Origin: Escherichia phage ESCO13
Reading direction: 5' to 3' (one strand)
Sequence record: NC_047770.1
DNA length: 64,000 bases
Shown: positions 38,617-48,047 of the stretch, piece by piece
How positions within the stretch are numbered: the stretch's first letter is position 1
Layout: every line of letters starts with the position of its first letter
The notes under the pieces: model-generated
Database searches by the model: none
What the model was told of the DNA's origin: nothing
The model's input: only the letters and a program-made list of their open reading frames with translations
Program-made: the position numbers and the translations under genes

Positions 38617-40863
38617 TCACATAGAGCAGCCTTCACAACCAGATTCTTTTAAGTTATCTTCTTGTGCTAAAGAGTCTGCTGATTTTGTTCTACTGTTAAG
38701 GTAATACAATGACTTGCCACCCAGTCTAGCAAAATTCAGAATAAACTGCATCTCAGCTTTCACTGATAAACGTCCACCTACCAATTTAGAATAATCTAGC
38801 CAAGAATCACAAGAAATTCCTTGGTCCGTAAACTTGGTAAAGATACCATACATTTCTGCAAGATCTTTAGCCGGAGTGTCCCAGGCAGACTGGTAGAACA
38901 TTTTCAGTTTTTCATAATCTGGAACAATAAATAATACGCTACCTTTCTGACTTTGTTTATACATAATAGTATCACGAACAGGGTACAGAGAGTTAGTAGT
39001 ATTGCTTACCAAACTGCTGGACTCATTAGGTGCAATAGCAGCCAAGACACTGTTACGGATACCACCTTGTTCAATGATTTCAGCACGTAAGCCTTCCCAG
39101 TCCATTTTAAGATCAAAATTACCGATACTATCTACTGTTTTAGCATAAGTGTCAATTGGTAGCCAACCTTGAGGCCATTTGGTCTTATCGATCCATTCTG
39201 CATTACCTTTTTCCTTAGCCAGACGCAGAGAGGCTTTTGCCAACCAAAAGTAATGACGTTCTGCAAGTTCATGCATTAATTTTTTAGCATAAGCATCTGA
39301 ATAATTTACAAAATTACTTGCCAAATAATGCGCTAAGTTTGTAATACCTACACCAATAGATCTACGTGCTTTAGCAGTTATTTCGTTATGTTTAAATGGA
39401 TAATCCATTGTTTCAATAACGTTGTCAATTGTCAATACAGTGTAGTATGCAACATCCTCATATTCTTCAGGTAAGACACGACCAGCGACAATAGAAGATA
39501 AGAAGCATAAAGCCAATTCTTGATCTTCTGTATTCTCACCAGTAAAGAGATCCGGCATATTGTGGAAAGCTTTAGTTGGTAAGAAGATCTCTTGACACAG
39601 GTTTGATTGATACACCGTATCCAGGAAAGGTGTATGGTTGTTAACGTTGTCAGCAAAGAACATGTAAATACGTCCTGTTTCTGCACGTTGAACAATAATC
39701 TCTGTCAGAAGATCACGAGCCTTAACAAATTTTTTCTTAATGCGACGACGGCTTACTTTGTCATAAACTGCATCAAACTCTTCTTCACTTTTATACAAGG
39801 CTTCATAAAGTTCAGGAGCATCATCACAACTAACTAACATCCAGTCTTCGTTTTTTGCTGCTCGACGCAAGAACGAACGGTTAACAACAATAGAATAATC
39901 TAGTTTGTCTACTCGTTTATCTATAGGTGTTGTTGGATTCTTCAGTCGAATCAGATCGTCGAAGTCTGGTTCAAGTATGGTAAAGGTAACTGTAGCACTA
40001 CCTCCACGGCTTGCTTGCTTCGAAGCTCCAACACTATCTTCCATCCATTTCAGATATGGAAGAAGACCACCATGAATAATACGATTATTCTTAACACCTT
40101 GACCTGTGGCACGAGTTTGAAGATTAACACCAATACCTGCGTTATTCAACGTATACTCATGAGCTAAGTAATTAGCAATGGCTAAAGACTCTGCCGTATC
40201 GTCTGCACGGAACAAACAACAAGACGCACTTCCTTTGATTGGAGTTCGTAGAGTTGTCAGATATGGCGATGGCAGATTAATCTTAAGATCGCTGACATAA
40301 GTATAAAGTTTTTTAATATCTTCTATACGGCGTTCTTTTGGTTGGATCTCCATAACCTTCATTGCGATACCAATGAAAAGGAACTGTGGAGACTCATGCA
40401 CCACATCGTTTACTGCATCTCGAATAAGATATTTATCCACCATTTGACGTAAAACAGAATAACCATAAGTTAGATTTTTATTATGCTTTACAATCTTACC
40501 GATTTCTTTGATCTCTTCATCAGTATAATCCATTTTAGCCCAATGACCACGTTCTACCATATCATGATAAAAGGTATTCAGTGAAGGGATACTGTGGTAT
40601 CCCCCATGAGCCTGTTTGTAAATCATACCCAGAAGAAGTCTTCCTGCCATATCACTGTAAGCTTGTGTTTTCTTGTCAATACACGCTGCAATCATTGCTT
40701 TATGCAGATCACGTGTAGACACACCGTCATAACACCGCTTCACAGCTTCTAATTCAATTTCAGACCAGTTTAGTTTACCTGCTGCAAATTCAGACCACTT
40801 GCGAAGTTTTTCTGGATTAAACTCCTCTGTCTTACCGTTAGATTTAGTTACAAAACGAATCAA
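38617..40863 (-). CDS. nrdA: ribonucleotide reductase class Ia large subunit
   Basis: 748 aa; N-terminal ATP-cone-like region; C-terminal Cys pair CEGC; adjacent nrdB; SD gggaggag. Confidence 0.85.
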   Translation of the reverse strand: MIRFVTKSNGKTEEFNPEKLRKWSEFAAGKLNWSEIELEAVKRCYDGVSTRDLHKAMIAACIDKKTQAYSDMAGRLLLGMIYKQAHGGYHSIPSLNTFYHDMVERGHWAKMDYTDEEIKEIGKIVKHNKNLTYGYSVLRQMVDKYLIRDAVNDVVHESPQFLFIGIAMKVMEIQPKERRIEDIKKLYTYVSDLKINLPSPYLTTLRTPIKGSASCCLFRADDTAESLAIANYLAHEYTLNNAGIGVNLQTRATGQGVKNNRIIHGGLLPYLKWMEDSVGASKQASRGGSATVTFTILEPDFDDLIRLKNPTTPIDKRVDKLDYSIVVNRSFLRRAAKNEDWMLVSCDDAPELYEALYKSEEEFDAVYDKVSRRRIKKKFVKARDLLTEIIVQRAETGRIYMFFADNVNNHTPFLDTVYQSNLCQEIFLPTKAFHNMPDLFTGENTEDQELALCFLSSIVAGRVLPEEYEDVAYYTVLTIDNVIETMDYPFKHNEITAKARRSIGVGITNLAHYLASNFVNYSDAYAKKLMHELAERHYFWLAKASLRLAKEKGNAEWIDKTKWPQGWLPIDTYAKTVDSIGNFDLKMDWEGLRAEIIEQGGIRNSVLAAIAPNESSSLVSNTTNSLYPVRDTIMYKQSQKGSVLFIVPDYEKLKMFYQSAWDTPAKDLAEMYGIFTKFTDQGISCDSWLDYSKLVGGRLSVKAEMQFILNFARLGGKSLYYLNSRTKSADSLAQEDNLKESGCEGCSM

Positions 40864-40879
40864 CTTCTCCTCCCTATTA

Positions 40880-41122
40880 TTAATGCATATTCAAAACATC
40901 TACATCATAACCGAACTTCATTTCATTAAAAAGTCCATTAGCATATAGAAAACCTTCAAAATGAGTTATGTCATCAAACCCTTTTGCTTTTGCTCGACGG
41001 TCTGCTTCTTGTCTTTTAGGAGATAAACGTTTTGAAGTGTCTAGAATTACAGTTACATTACAACCAACAGTTTCATCAAAATAGACTTCGATTTCACAGC
41101 CTTCATATTTATTATCAGTCAT
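40880..41122 (-). CDS. hypothetical protein
   Basis: Start moved to ATG 41122 after SD gagagg. Confidence 0.4.
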   Translation of the reverse strand: MTDNKYEGCEIEVYFDETVGCNVTVILDTSKRLSPKRQEADRRAKAKGFDDITHFEGFLYANGLFNEMKFGYDVDVLNMH

Positions 41123-41130
41123 TGTCCCTC

Positions 41131-41574
41131 TCATTGATTAGTATCATCTGCTTTCGCAGGATCATAAGAGTTACCGAAATCATCCATCTTAATATGTGAC
41201 GCACCCCAACCTGTAAATTCTTCATCACCAAAATGAAAAATATCATTTTCTTGATAGATTCGTTTAAAACCACAATTAGGTGAAACAGGGAAAGTGAAAA
41301 GCGTTGTATTTGCAAACACTACTCGCTTATCGTTATTGCTTCGGATATTCACATTACGCTCAACAGAATAGTGTGAATCTTCAGCCATACCCAGCATTAC
41401 AAGCGACGCTCTAATAACAGCATTTTGTTTCTCGTGTGGGATATTGCCATTGTGTTTATTTGATTCTAGTTTCCAGATAGGGGTAGACATTACAGTAGAC
41501 ATGCTTACGGTAGCCCAAGTTGTAGTATTTACTAATGACATATTTTCTCCTTCATTTTGAATGGGAGGACTCAC
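41131..41574 (-). CDS. hypothetical protein
   Basis: SD ggaggagg upstream. Confidence 0.45.
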   Translation of the reverse strand: MSPPIQNEGENMSLVNTTTWATVSMSTVMSTPIWKLESNKHNGNIPHEKQNAVIRASLVMLGMAEDSHYSVERNVNIRSNNDKRVVFANTTLFTFPVSPNCGFKRIYQENDIFHFGDEEFTGWGASHIKMDDFGNSYDPAKADDTNQ

Positions 41575-41639
41575 CTCCTCCCAGTATTGTGCTATATTAT
41601 ACTAAAACTAATACTAAAGTCAATAACTATTTAAACAGA

Positions 41640-42638
41640 TCACCATTTAGTATGATTTGTTAAAAGTTGACGATGTTGAATCCAGCCTTTGAAATTGCCA
41701 GACCAAAACTTACCATTACGATCTACATGGGTAATACCTGGTTCCCAAGAGTTAAAATCCCAAGGAGCATTGATAAACAAATCTTCAAAACAGTTCTCTC
41801 CATATTGTTCGCATGTTTCTTGCATTGGAGTGGCTTGATGTTCAAACGGAGAAGCATGAACCTTGCGCCCAGTCAGCAAGCGACCATAGATATCTAAAGC
41901 TTTATCTTTAGTTGCATTTAAACGACGATAGCTAACCTGTGCACAACACGAAGCTGAAATAGCTTTGGCTTCTTCCAAAGTAAGCACAACGACTTCTCCA
42001 GATTCATTTTGAACGTAGTATCCACCAAAAACAAAATGATCGTCACCTTCTGTGCCAATAGTATCATAGAAATGGTCTACATAAGGTGTGTGCCATTGCC
42101 CTGGTTTCAGCACTTCTGGTGTAGATCCTTCATACTCTTTGTGCATCTCTTTAGCCAAAGCTTCGATAGTAGGATCGGCTTCTTTGTCATCACGTAGCCA
42201 CCAGAAATTTTCATATTCTGTTGCTGTCAGAACTGTTTTAATTCGTTGGAAAGGTTCCAGAAGACGGTTTGCAACTTGTTTGTGGTACCCTGCCAAAGAA
42301 AATTCTTCTGCAAAACGTGCTGCACTAAGCGCGGCAAGATCCCACCACTCTTGAGCAGTATAACCTGCATCAATAAGAGCGTCATGATCAACACCTTTAT
42401 CCTGCATACCAGGTTGGTTAGCCCCAAAACGATAAGGACGAGCAGGTTGATTTCGCACCATTTCAATCAGTGTTTTAACAGGTATAGCACGGCTAGAAGC
42501 AGCATTACGACTGAACAGGCGGTGAGTCATCAATTCTGAATGAATAATACGTGGATATTCTAGTTCAAAAGTTACAATCTCTTTTCCGTCTTCAGTGATG
42601 GAATGCGCAATAATACTAGCCGAAATCTGTTTTGTCAT
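41640..42638 (-). CDS. ThyX-like flavin-dependent thymidylate synthase homolog (long, divergent)
   Basis: THRLFSRNAASSRA resembles the ThyX RHRxxSxNExSxRY motif with first Arg replaced by Thr; 332 aa; SD aaggaga. Confidence 0.5.
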   Translation of the reverse strand: MTKQISASIIAHSITEDGKEIVTFELEYPRIIHSELMTHRLFSRNAASSRAIPVKTLIEMVRNQPARPYRFGANQPGMQDKGVDHDALIDAGYTAQEWWDLAALSAARFAEEFSLAGYHKQVANRLLEPFQRIKTVLTATEYENFWWLRDDKEADPTIEALAKEMHKEYEGSTPEVLKPGQWHTPYVDHFYDTIGTEGDDHFVFGGYYVQNESGEVVVLTLEEAKAISASCCAQVSYRRLNATKDKALDIYGRLLTGRKVHASPFEHQATPMQETCEQYGENCFEDLFINAPWDFNSWEPGITHVDRNGKFWSGNFKGWIQHRQLLTNHTKW

Positions 42639-42647
42639 TTTTTCTCC

Positions 42648-43256
42648 TTAGTTTTTAAAATTGTTCAAAGTGTTAAAAACATCCAAACATGTTAGCCACT
42701 GATCTTCTAAACCTGTGATCACAACATTTGGTTTTTTCTTTAGTTCTTCTAGATGGTTATCTTTATAAGGCGTATTAAAATATATTTTAACCACTTCATC
42801 TGGAAAATATAGTAGGTTATCAGCCCTGTCATCTATTGCTATATCACAAGGCAATAAGTATTTTTCTTTCGTAGCAAAAAAGCCGTTGCCAGATCCTTTG
42901 CTAAAATCAATCGTATCTAATGTTCTTAAAACATGCTTATGTTTAGAACTTAAGTGACCACCTTTTGTCACACTCGCGATCAAAAGATTGCTACCTTTCC
43001 TTGAAACATACTTTAAGAAATCTGGCATACCTGGAACAAAACCCATTGTATCGTAGAGATGAGGATTATCCAGAAATCCGTAAGGATCTATGTTGAACTC
43101 TTCCCTGAAACCAGGAAAATAGTTGGTAAGATCATAATCTGCATTTTTTGTGAATGTGTCGATTTTAACACCAAGGCCACTAATCTTATTCAACCATTCT
43201 AACCAAGCAACATCTAACGGAGCCACAACTAAATCCCAATCACATACTATCTGCAT
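42648..43256 (-). CDS. HAD-like phosphatase, possible 5'(3')-deoxyribonucleotidase
   Basis: N-terminal VCDWDLVV (DxD-type motif I); IAIDDRADN; SD gaggagg. Confidence 0.4.
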   Translation of the reverse strand: MQIVCDWDLVVAPLDVAWLEWLNKISGLGVKIDTFTKNADYDLTNYFPGFREEFNIDPYGFLDNPHLYDTMGFVPGMPDFLKYVSRKGSNLLIASVTKGGHLSSKHKHVLRTLDTIDFSKGSGNGFFATKEKYLLPCDIAIDDRADNLLYFPDEVVKIYFNTPYKDNHLEELKKKPNVVITGLEDQWLTCLDVFNTLNNFKN

Positions 43257-43292
43257 AAAACCTCCTCTCTCTTTTAGTATAGTTATCTTATA

Positions 43293-43868
43293 CTAACTTT
43301 CAATTTCCTGCAATAGGATTTTGACTATTTGTTTACGGCGTTTTGCTACTGTGCTTTCAGGTTCTATTTTACGCTTCTTCAGCCATGCTTTATCTTTCTT
43401 AGCTCTACACAAAGCTATCGCTTCTTTTTCAGCTTTTGCTTCTTCAAAAGATATGCCTTGCTTGTCTGCATAAGCAAGAATAGAGTTGCACAATTTACAA
43501 ACCATTCGCAAATCTTCTTCTTTCACATAGATCAAACGGAAAACAAAAAGAGGAATATCATCAAAACATTGAAGTTGTTTTGCTGCGTGAATATGATCCA
43601 CTTGGAAGTCTTTCATTCCTCCTCTATGTCCACATATTTCGCACTCACAATTCCAAACTTGTTTTGGTTTTCCAGTTTTCTTATCTAGTATTACATTGCC
43701 GTCTTTATCTACGCGATCAACTTTAAAACGCCTTGCATTGATAACCTTAATTTTATTAGGGTGTCTCATCCATGCTTTTCTAAAACATCCCCTAAGATAA
43801 GTATAAAATTCCGCTTGTGTTTTCCAGGGTGTTCCTTCACCCCACATTATTTTTGGTTCACCTGCCAA
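43293..43868 (-). CDS. HNH endonuclease
   Basis: CECEICGH ... VDHIHA ... CKLCN. Confidence 0.65.
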   Translation of the reverse strand: MAGEPKIMWGEGTPWKTQAEFYTYLRGCFRKAWMRHPNKIKVINARRFKVDRVDKDGNVILDKKTGKPKQVWNCECEICGHRGGMKDFQVDHIHAAKQLQCFDDIPLFVFRLIYVKEEDLRMVCKLCNSILAYADKQGISFEEAKAEKEAIALCRAKKDKAWLKKRKIEPESTVAKRRKQIVKILLQEIES

Positions 43869-44035
43869 TATTGCTCACCTTTTTAGCTGTATATTCCCCT
43901 GGTGGGATATTGTGTTTAAAAAACAAAAGGCGGTCTAACCCCGCCTTGCACATTGTTTCTGGAATAGTCAAAGTTAGTAAAAGTTTATCACCTTTTCGGT
44001 TGAATATTTTATAAACTTCTCCTGCTCCATATTGT

Positions 44036-44437
44036 TTAGTATTGCTCGCCACTAATACGTTCCTTAAGTTGTTTAATAGCTTCGATTGCATCTACATAAG
44101 AAGAGTTATACATGTGTTTCAGTGCCACTCGGATTAAAGGATCTTTTGTGAAGAAATCAATAAGAAGCATAGCTTGATCATGTTTAGCTGCATTTGTCAT
44201 AGATGGATAATTTTCACGAACCATATACGTGTTATTTTGCATAAGGGTTCTTTCTAGTTCGATACAATGAATAGCTTTATCTAGGTTAATCTGACGTTCA
44301 CCTTTAATACGTGTTGCGTATTTTGCCAATTTGCAAAAACAAGGTGTGCCACCAACCAAATAAGCTAGTTCAATAGGTTGCATTGCCATTTTTGTGTAGT
44401 GATCACCGTCAACCTGATTATCAAAAGCATTAGACAT
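44036..44437 (-). CDS. hypothetical protein
   Basis: SD caggagg upstream. Confidence 0.45.
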   Translation of the reverse strand: MSNAFDNQVDGDHYTKMAMQPIELAYLVGGTPCFCKLAKYATRIKGERQINLDKAIHCIELERTLMQNNTYMVRENYPSMTNAAKHDQAMLLIDFFTKDPLIRVALKHMYNSSYVDAIEAIKQLKERISGEQY

Positions 44438-44657
44438 AATTTTCCTCCTGAATTCCTACTGCGCCTTCTTCTGGGTAATCTGTGTAATAAGCTACCCTAC
44501 CTTGATAGATAACATCACCATCATCATTGTAGATTGCTGTATCTTCTTGAATTGTTATTTTAACGTCAAGTAAATCTGGGTCTTTCTCGATGGTATAGTT
44601 TAAACCTAACATTTCAAACAGTTCGAAAATTTCGTTACCTGTTAATGTAATGCTCAT
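44430..44657 (-). CDS. hypothetical protein
   Basis: Start moved to ATG 44657 after SD aaaggagg; downstream of minus promoter. Confidence 0.4.
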   Translation of the reverse strand: MSITLTGNEIFELFEMLGLNYTIEKDPDLLDVKITIQEDTAIYNDDGDVIYQGRVAYYTDYPEEGAVGIQEENYV

Positions 44658-44684
44658 ATTTCCTCCTTTTATTGTGGTTAGCAG

Positions 44685-44713
44685 AGTATACACTAATATA
44701 AAATTTTTGTCAA
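44685..44713 (-). promoter_or_regulatory. sigma70-like promoter (minus strand)
   Basis: TTGACA-17-TATACT read on the minus strand. Confidence 0.5.
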
Positions 44714-44740
44714 TAAAAAAGGGAGCAATAAGCTCCCTGA
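44713..44740 (-). terminator. minus-strand intrinsic terminator
   Basis: agggagc-uuauu-gcucccu then U6 on minus RNA, directly after the exonuclease gene. Confidence 0.55.
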
Positions 44741-44743
44741 TTA

Positions 44744-45703
44744 TTAGATTCCAATAATAGTTGCTGCTCGTTTATCTTTGGATCTGGTGTTTGCTCTACT
44801 ACGTGACAAACCTCCACAAGATTCACAACGAATGATATCGAAAGAACTTACCGCAGTGTGGTATTGCTTACCAGTAACAACGTGAACATGATCACTGCCG
44901 CAACGAGAACAACGGACTTTCTCATCTGGGTAATAAGCGGATAAGTTAGGATGCTGTGGAATCCACGGAAGGATTTTCATATACAAATCACGGAGTGAAA
45001 CAACATCACCGTCATTGTAAATCTGCATACGTTCAAAAGCATCACGATCACCTTCACAACATGCTTTCCATAAAGGGAACCCCTCGTTATCCAGTTTTTC
45101 ACTTTCTGTTTCGAAATATGCTCCCATTTCTTTAAGGGAGTTGGAAGGAAGTGCAAATTGTTTCTTAGCTGCCTTCAATGTATCAACAACTACATAATTA
45201 GAAGGAGGAGCCATATCGTGATATGCAAATCGTTGGTTAATGTATGCACGGTCAAACTTATATCCGTTGTGTGCCACAACTACATCTGCCTCATTCAGAA
45301 GGTTCCAAAGATCTTGGCAAAGCTCCCAATCATCTGTATGATCAATATCAAAAAGAGGATAAGAAGACAAGTTCTTACCTTCCACTTCACCAGTATACAG
45401 GTCGGCAGAAGAGTAAGATAACAAATAACCCCTACGAATTACTTGATCTGGAGAAATGAAGGCTTTGAATCGACGGAAAGTATATGCAATCTCTGGTGCA
45501 GTTTCAACATCAATAATTTTAATAACTGGTTGTTTCTTTTTAACTGGCTCTTGTTTACTTGCACCGAAACGTGCAAGGAAATCATTTACTGTGCTTTTTC
45601 TTGTCGGGCTACCTAAAACAATTGCTGCAATATTGCGAGAAGACATACCCTCTGCACTCATACTAAGGATATCTGCTTTCTGCTCTTCTGTTAATCTGCT
45701 CAC
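44744..45703 (-). CDS. DnaQ-like (DEDD) 3'-5' exonuclease with N-terminal HTH and C-terminal zinc ribbon
   Basis: IIDVETA (Exo I), VAHNGYKFD (Exo II), YNDGDVVSLRDLY (Exo III); CSRCGS...CESCGG; SD aggagg. Confidence 0.55.
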   Translation of the reverse strand: MSRLTEEQKADILSMSAEGMSSRNIAAIVLGSPTRKSTVNDFLARFGASKQEPVKKKQPVIKIIDVETAPEIAYTFRRFKAFISPDQVIRRGYLLSYSSADLYTGEVEGKNLSSYPLFDIDHTDDWELCQDLWNLLNEADVVVAHNGYKFDRAYINQRFAYHDMAPPSNYVVVDTLKAAKKQFALPSNSLKEMGAYFETESEKLDNEGFPLWKACCEGDRDAFERMQIYNDGDVVSLRDLYMKILPWIPQHPNLSAYYPDEKVRCSRCGSDHVHVVTGKQYHTAVSSFDIIRCESCGGLSRSRANTRSKDKRAATIIGI

Positions 45704-46389
45704 TCTGCCTCCTGTTGTGAGATGTATGACTGAAGCATACTCTCAAATGTTGTATCGTCATTATCCCAGCGTTTCATGTATACCAACTGGAAAATTGTTT
45801 CTATCCATTCATCTGTTGTCATATGGACTTCTTCTCCATCCCAAGAAGTAAAATTAACACCATCTGGGAACCACGAGTAGTAAGTATCTTTAACTGTTTG
45901 GAAAAGCTCTGCTTGAGTTTTACAAGCTGAAAGAAGATTAAAACAAGTAATATCTCCAAACTTAATATCAAAATCTTGATAAGGTCGGATACTATCTGTT
46001 TTATCTCCCATTAGCATCTGATAGGCTAACCAATAACTTCCCCAACCTTTAACTTCTTTCTTTTTACCTTTATCTACGATCCATATGTCGCCAATAGACT
46101 CGTCAATAAGAATTATATCTGGATTTTTAAATACTCCATCCTCTTTGTAGAAATTAAAAAGGATACTAGGAGTATGTAAACTATCTTTATCTATAGACAC
46201 TACAATATAAGAAAATTTACCCGTCCTTTTATAATCTTTATAACCTTGGAAACCATACTTCTCTAACTCATCGTCAGCCTCTATTACAGTAACAACATCA
46301 CCATTGTGGAACTCCACAAGATAATCTTTGGTTTCTGAAAGCTGAAGTGGTTTGATATCTAATCGTTCAGACTTATATTCTACAGGCAT
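45700..46389 (-). CDS. hypothetical protein; reading frame stays open 147 codons further upstream (to 46830) with no ATG/GTG/TTG
   Basis: Track ORF from ATG 46389 has no SD; the in-frame extension contains Walker A-like GVIGVGKT. Confidence 0.4.
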   Translation of the reverse strand: MPVEYKSERLDIKPLQLSETKDYLVEFHNGDVVTVIEADDELEKYGFQGYKDYKRTGKFSYIVVSIDKDSLHTPSILFNFYKEDGVFKNPDIILIDESIGDIWIVDKGKKKEVKGWGSYWLAYQMLMGDKTDSIRPYQDFDIKFGDITCFNLLSACKTQAELFQTVKDTYYSWFPDGVNFTSWDGEEVHMTTDEWIETIFQLVYMKRWDNDDTTFESMLQSYISQQEAE

Positions 46390-46830
46390 TTTGAAGGCGT
46401 GTCTGAAAGTTTTTCCTACGCCAATAACTCCGCAATATTTTTCTAAACGTAGATGTTTTAGAATACCTAAGACTTTTGTTTTAGCTGCTTGGAAGGTGTG
46501 TCCGATATCTTCTGGCGGGTATTGCTTATCAATAATTTCGAACTCTTCCTTTGTGAAGGGACGTTTGTTTTTGGAGGCTCTTTCTGCATTTGTATCTCCT
46601 AGCCAACCTCCAATTTTAGTCTTACTTTTACCCCAAAACTCTGTCTTATTTTTAAATTCCTTTTGAGCACCTGAAGGGATGTGCTTCGCAATGATTGTTC
46701 TTTTCTCTAATGCAGACGCTGCTTGGAAAGCAATCTGATCATAATCAATTGCAGCTATTGTCTCTTCGTTGACATATAAATGAAGATCTTCAGGTTTAAT
46801 TAAAATATAACCGCTAATATTTCCCCCTAA

Positions 46831-47040
46831 TTATTCATCGTCATCCTCTGTTGAGAATGTTTTAGTATACGGACATTGACGACTTTTCGGGATTGCTATA
46901 ACTTCATCTTGGTTAGCGTTAGAATAGTAGCAATATTTTGTGTTGCCATTAACTTCAGAATCAGACAAGATTAAAGTAATTTGACCTGCTGCTACTGTGA
47001 AACTAAAAGCTAAAAGAACGACTGTCAGAATCTTTTTCAT
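46831..47040 (-). CDS. small secreted protein (signal peptide)
   Basis: MKKILTVVLLAFSFTVAAG; SD aggagg. Confidence 0.45.
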   Translation of the reverse strand: MKKILTVVLLAFSFTVAAGQITLILSDSEVNGNTKYCYYSNANQDEVIAIPKSRQCPYTKTFSTEDDDE

Positions 47041-47112
47041 AACGCCTCCTAAAAAGCCTACCTCATTAAGTAGGTAGGCATAATATCATAACTAATCCCG
47101 CAAGTCAAGAAC

Positions 47113-47991
47113 TTATTTAAGGATTGTTGCTTTGGTTAAATCTTCCATCAGACCTCGAATCTCATTGAAGCACAGAAGGACTGAAGCTTCAATACTACCT
47201 TCTTCGTCTGCAAAATATTTCGGAAAACGTAGTTTAGAAAGTTTAAACTCTTTATCCACTACAAAATCTACAACACCGTCATATTCAAGACCGATTGCAA
47301 CAACATCTTTACCATCTTCTTTTAGTTCGACAGCTTTAGACTCGTATAGAGATTCTTTACTCCAAACAACAACGCCCTCGCTATCCTCCATTTTGATATA
47401 ATTTCCGAGAGTAATACGATCTGCTTCGTGATTCTCCAGCAATTCACCAAAACCTTTTACAATAGCTTCTTCGTGCACACTAAAACCTACCGAAGGGAAA
47501 GTCCCCAGGACGGAACGGAGGAAAGAAGTAATCTCTTCTGCAACCTTTTTACTTCCATTAAGAACATAAAGAAGATTCGTAGTTTTATCCAAGACAACAT
47601 AGTTAAAGAAATCTTCAGGTTCTGTTTCAGGCAATAGTGCAAATTCAATATCTTCTTTCATTGCTTTGACTACTTCTTTATCGACATAAAACTCTTTACC
47701 TTCGCTCTCCATGTCCTGACGCATTTCTTCTAGACGTTCATTCAGAATACGTTTAACTTTCTTTTTATCTACCTTCTTCACAGATTGACCTACATTAAGC
47801 AGTTCAAGATCTGAAAACTCTTTTACAAATTTAGAGTCATCTTCGAAACGAACAAGACCGATAGTGTGTGACTGGGAGCCTTCTGCTGTTACAAATTCCA
47901 GAGGAATATCTGTAATGCTGTTAAGGGATGCTACAGAAGCATTGTCACCAACAACCATAGGCAGAGCGGATTTAAAAGATTTTACAAACAT
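47113..47991 (-). CDS. RdgC-like recombination-associated protein
   Basis: Central LLPE...NLLYVLNGSKKVAEEI..LRSVLGTFP resembles E. coli RdgC (from memory); about 290 aa; SD taggagg. Confidence 0.45.
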   Translation of the reverse strand: MFVKSFKSALPMVVGDNASVASLNSITDIPLEFVTAEGSQSHTIGLVRFEDDSKFVKEFSDLELLNVGQSVKKVDKKKVKRILNERLEEMRQDMESEGKEFYVDKEVVKAMKEDIEFALLPETEPEDFFNYVVLDKTTNLLYVLNGSKKVAEEITSFLRSVLGTFPSVGFSVHEEAIVKGFGELLENHEADRITLGNYIKMEDSEGVVVWSKESLYESKAVELKEDGKDVVAIGLEYDGVVDFVVDKEFKLSKLRFPKYFADEEGSIEASVLLCFNEIRGLMEDLTKATILK

Positions 47992-48047
47992 GTTTCCTCC
48001 TATTTAATACATCTCACATTACCGCCCATAAAGGGCGGCTTACAACA

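Noticed and set aside
41115-41315. 66-aa minus-strand ORF overlapping gene 41131-41574
   Set aside because: Entirely inside a longer SD-supported ORF in another frame.
43858-44091. 77-aa minus-strand ORF between the HNH endonuclease and gene 44036-44437
   Set aside because: It overlaps the upstream gene by 56 nt and has no SD at any in-frame Met; possibly real but unsupported.
46352-46666. 104-aa + strand ORF between minus-strand genes
   Set aside because: Antisense to the protein-like minus-frame extension of ORF 45700-46389 and low-complexity.
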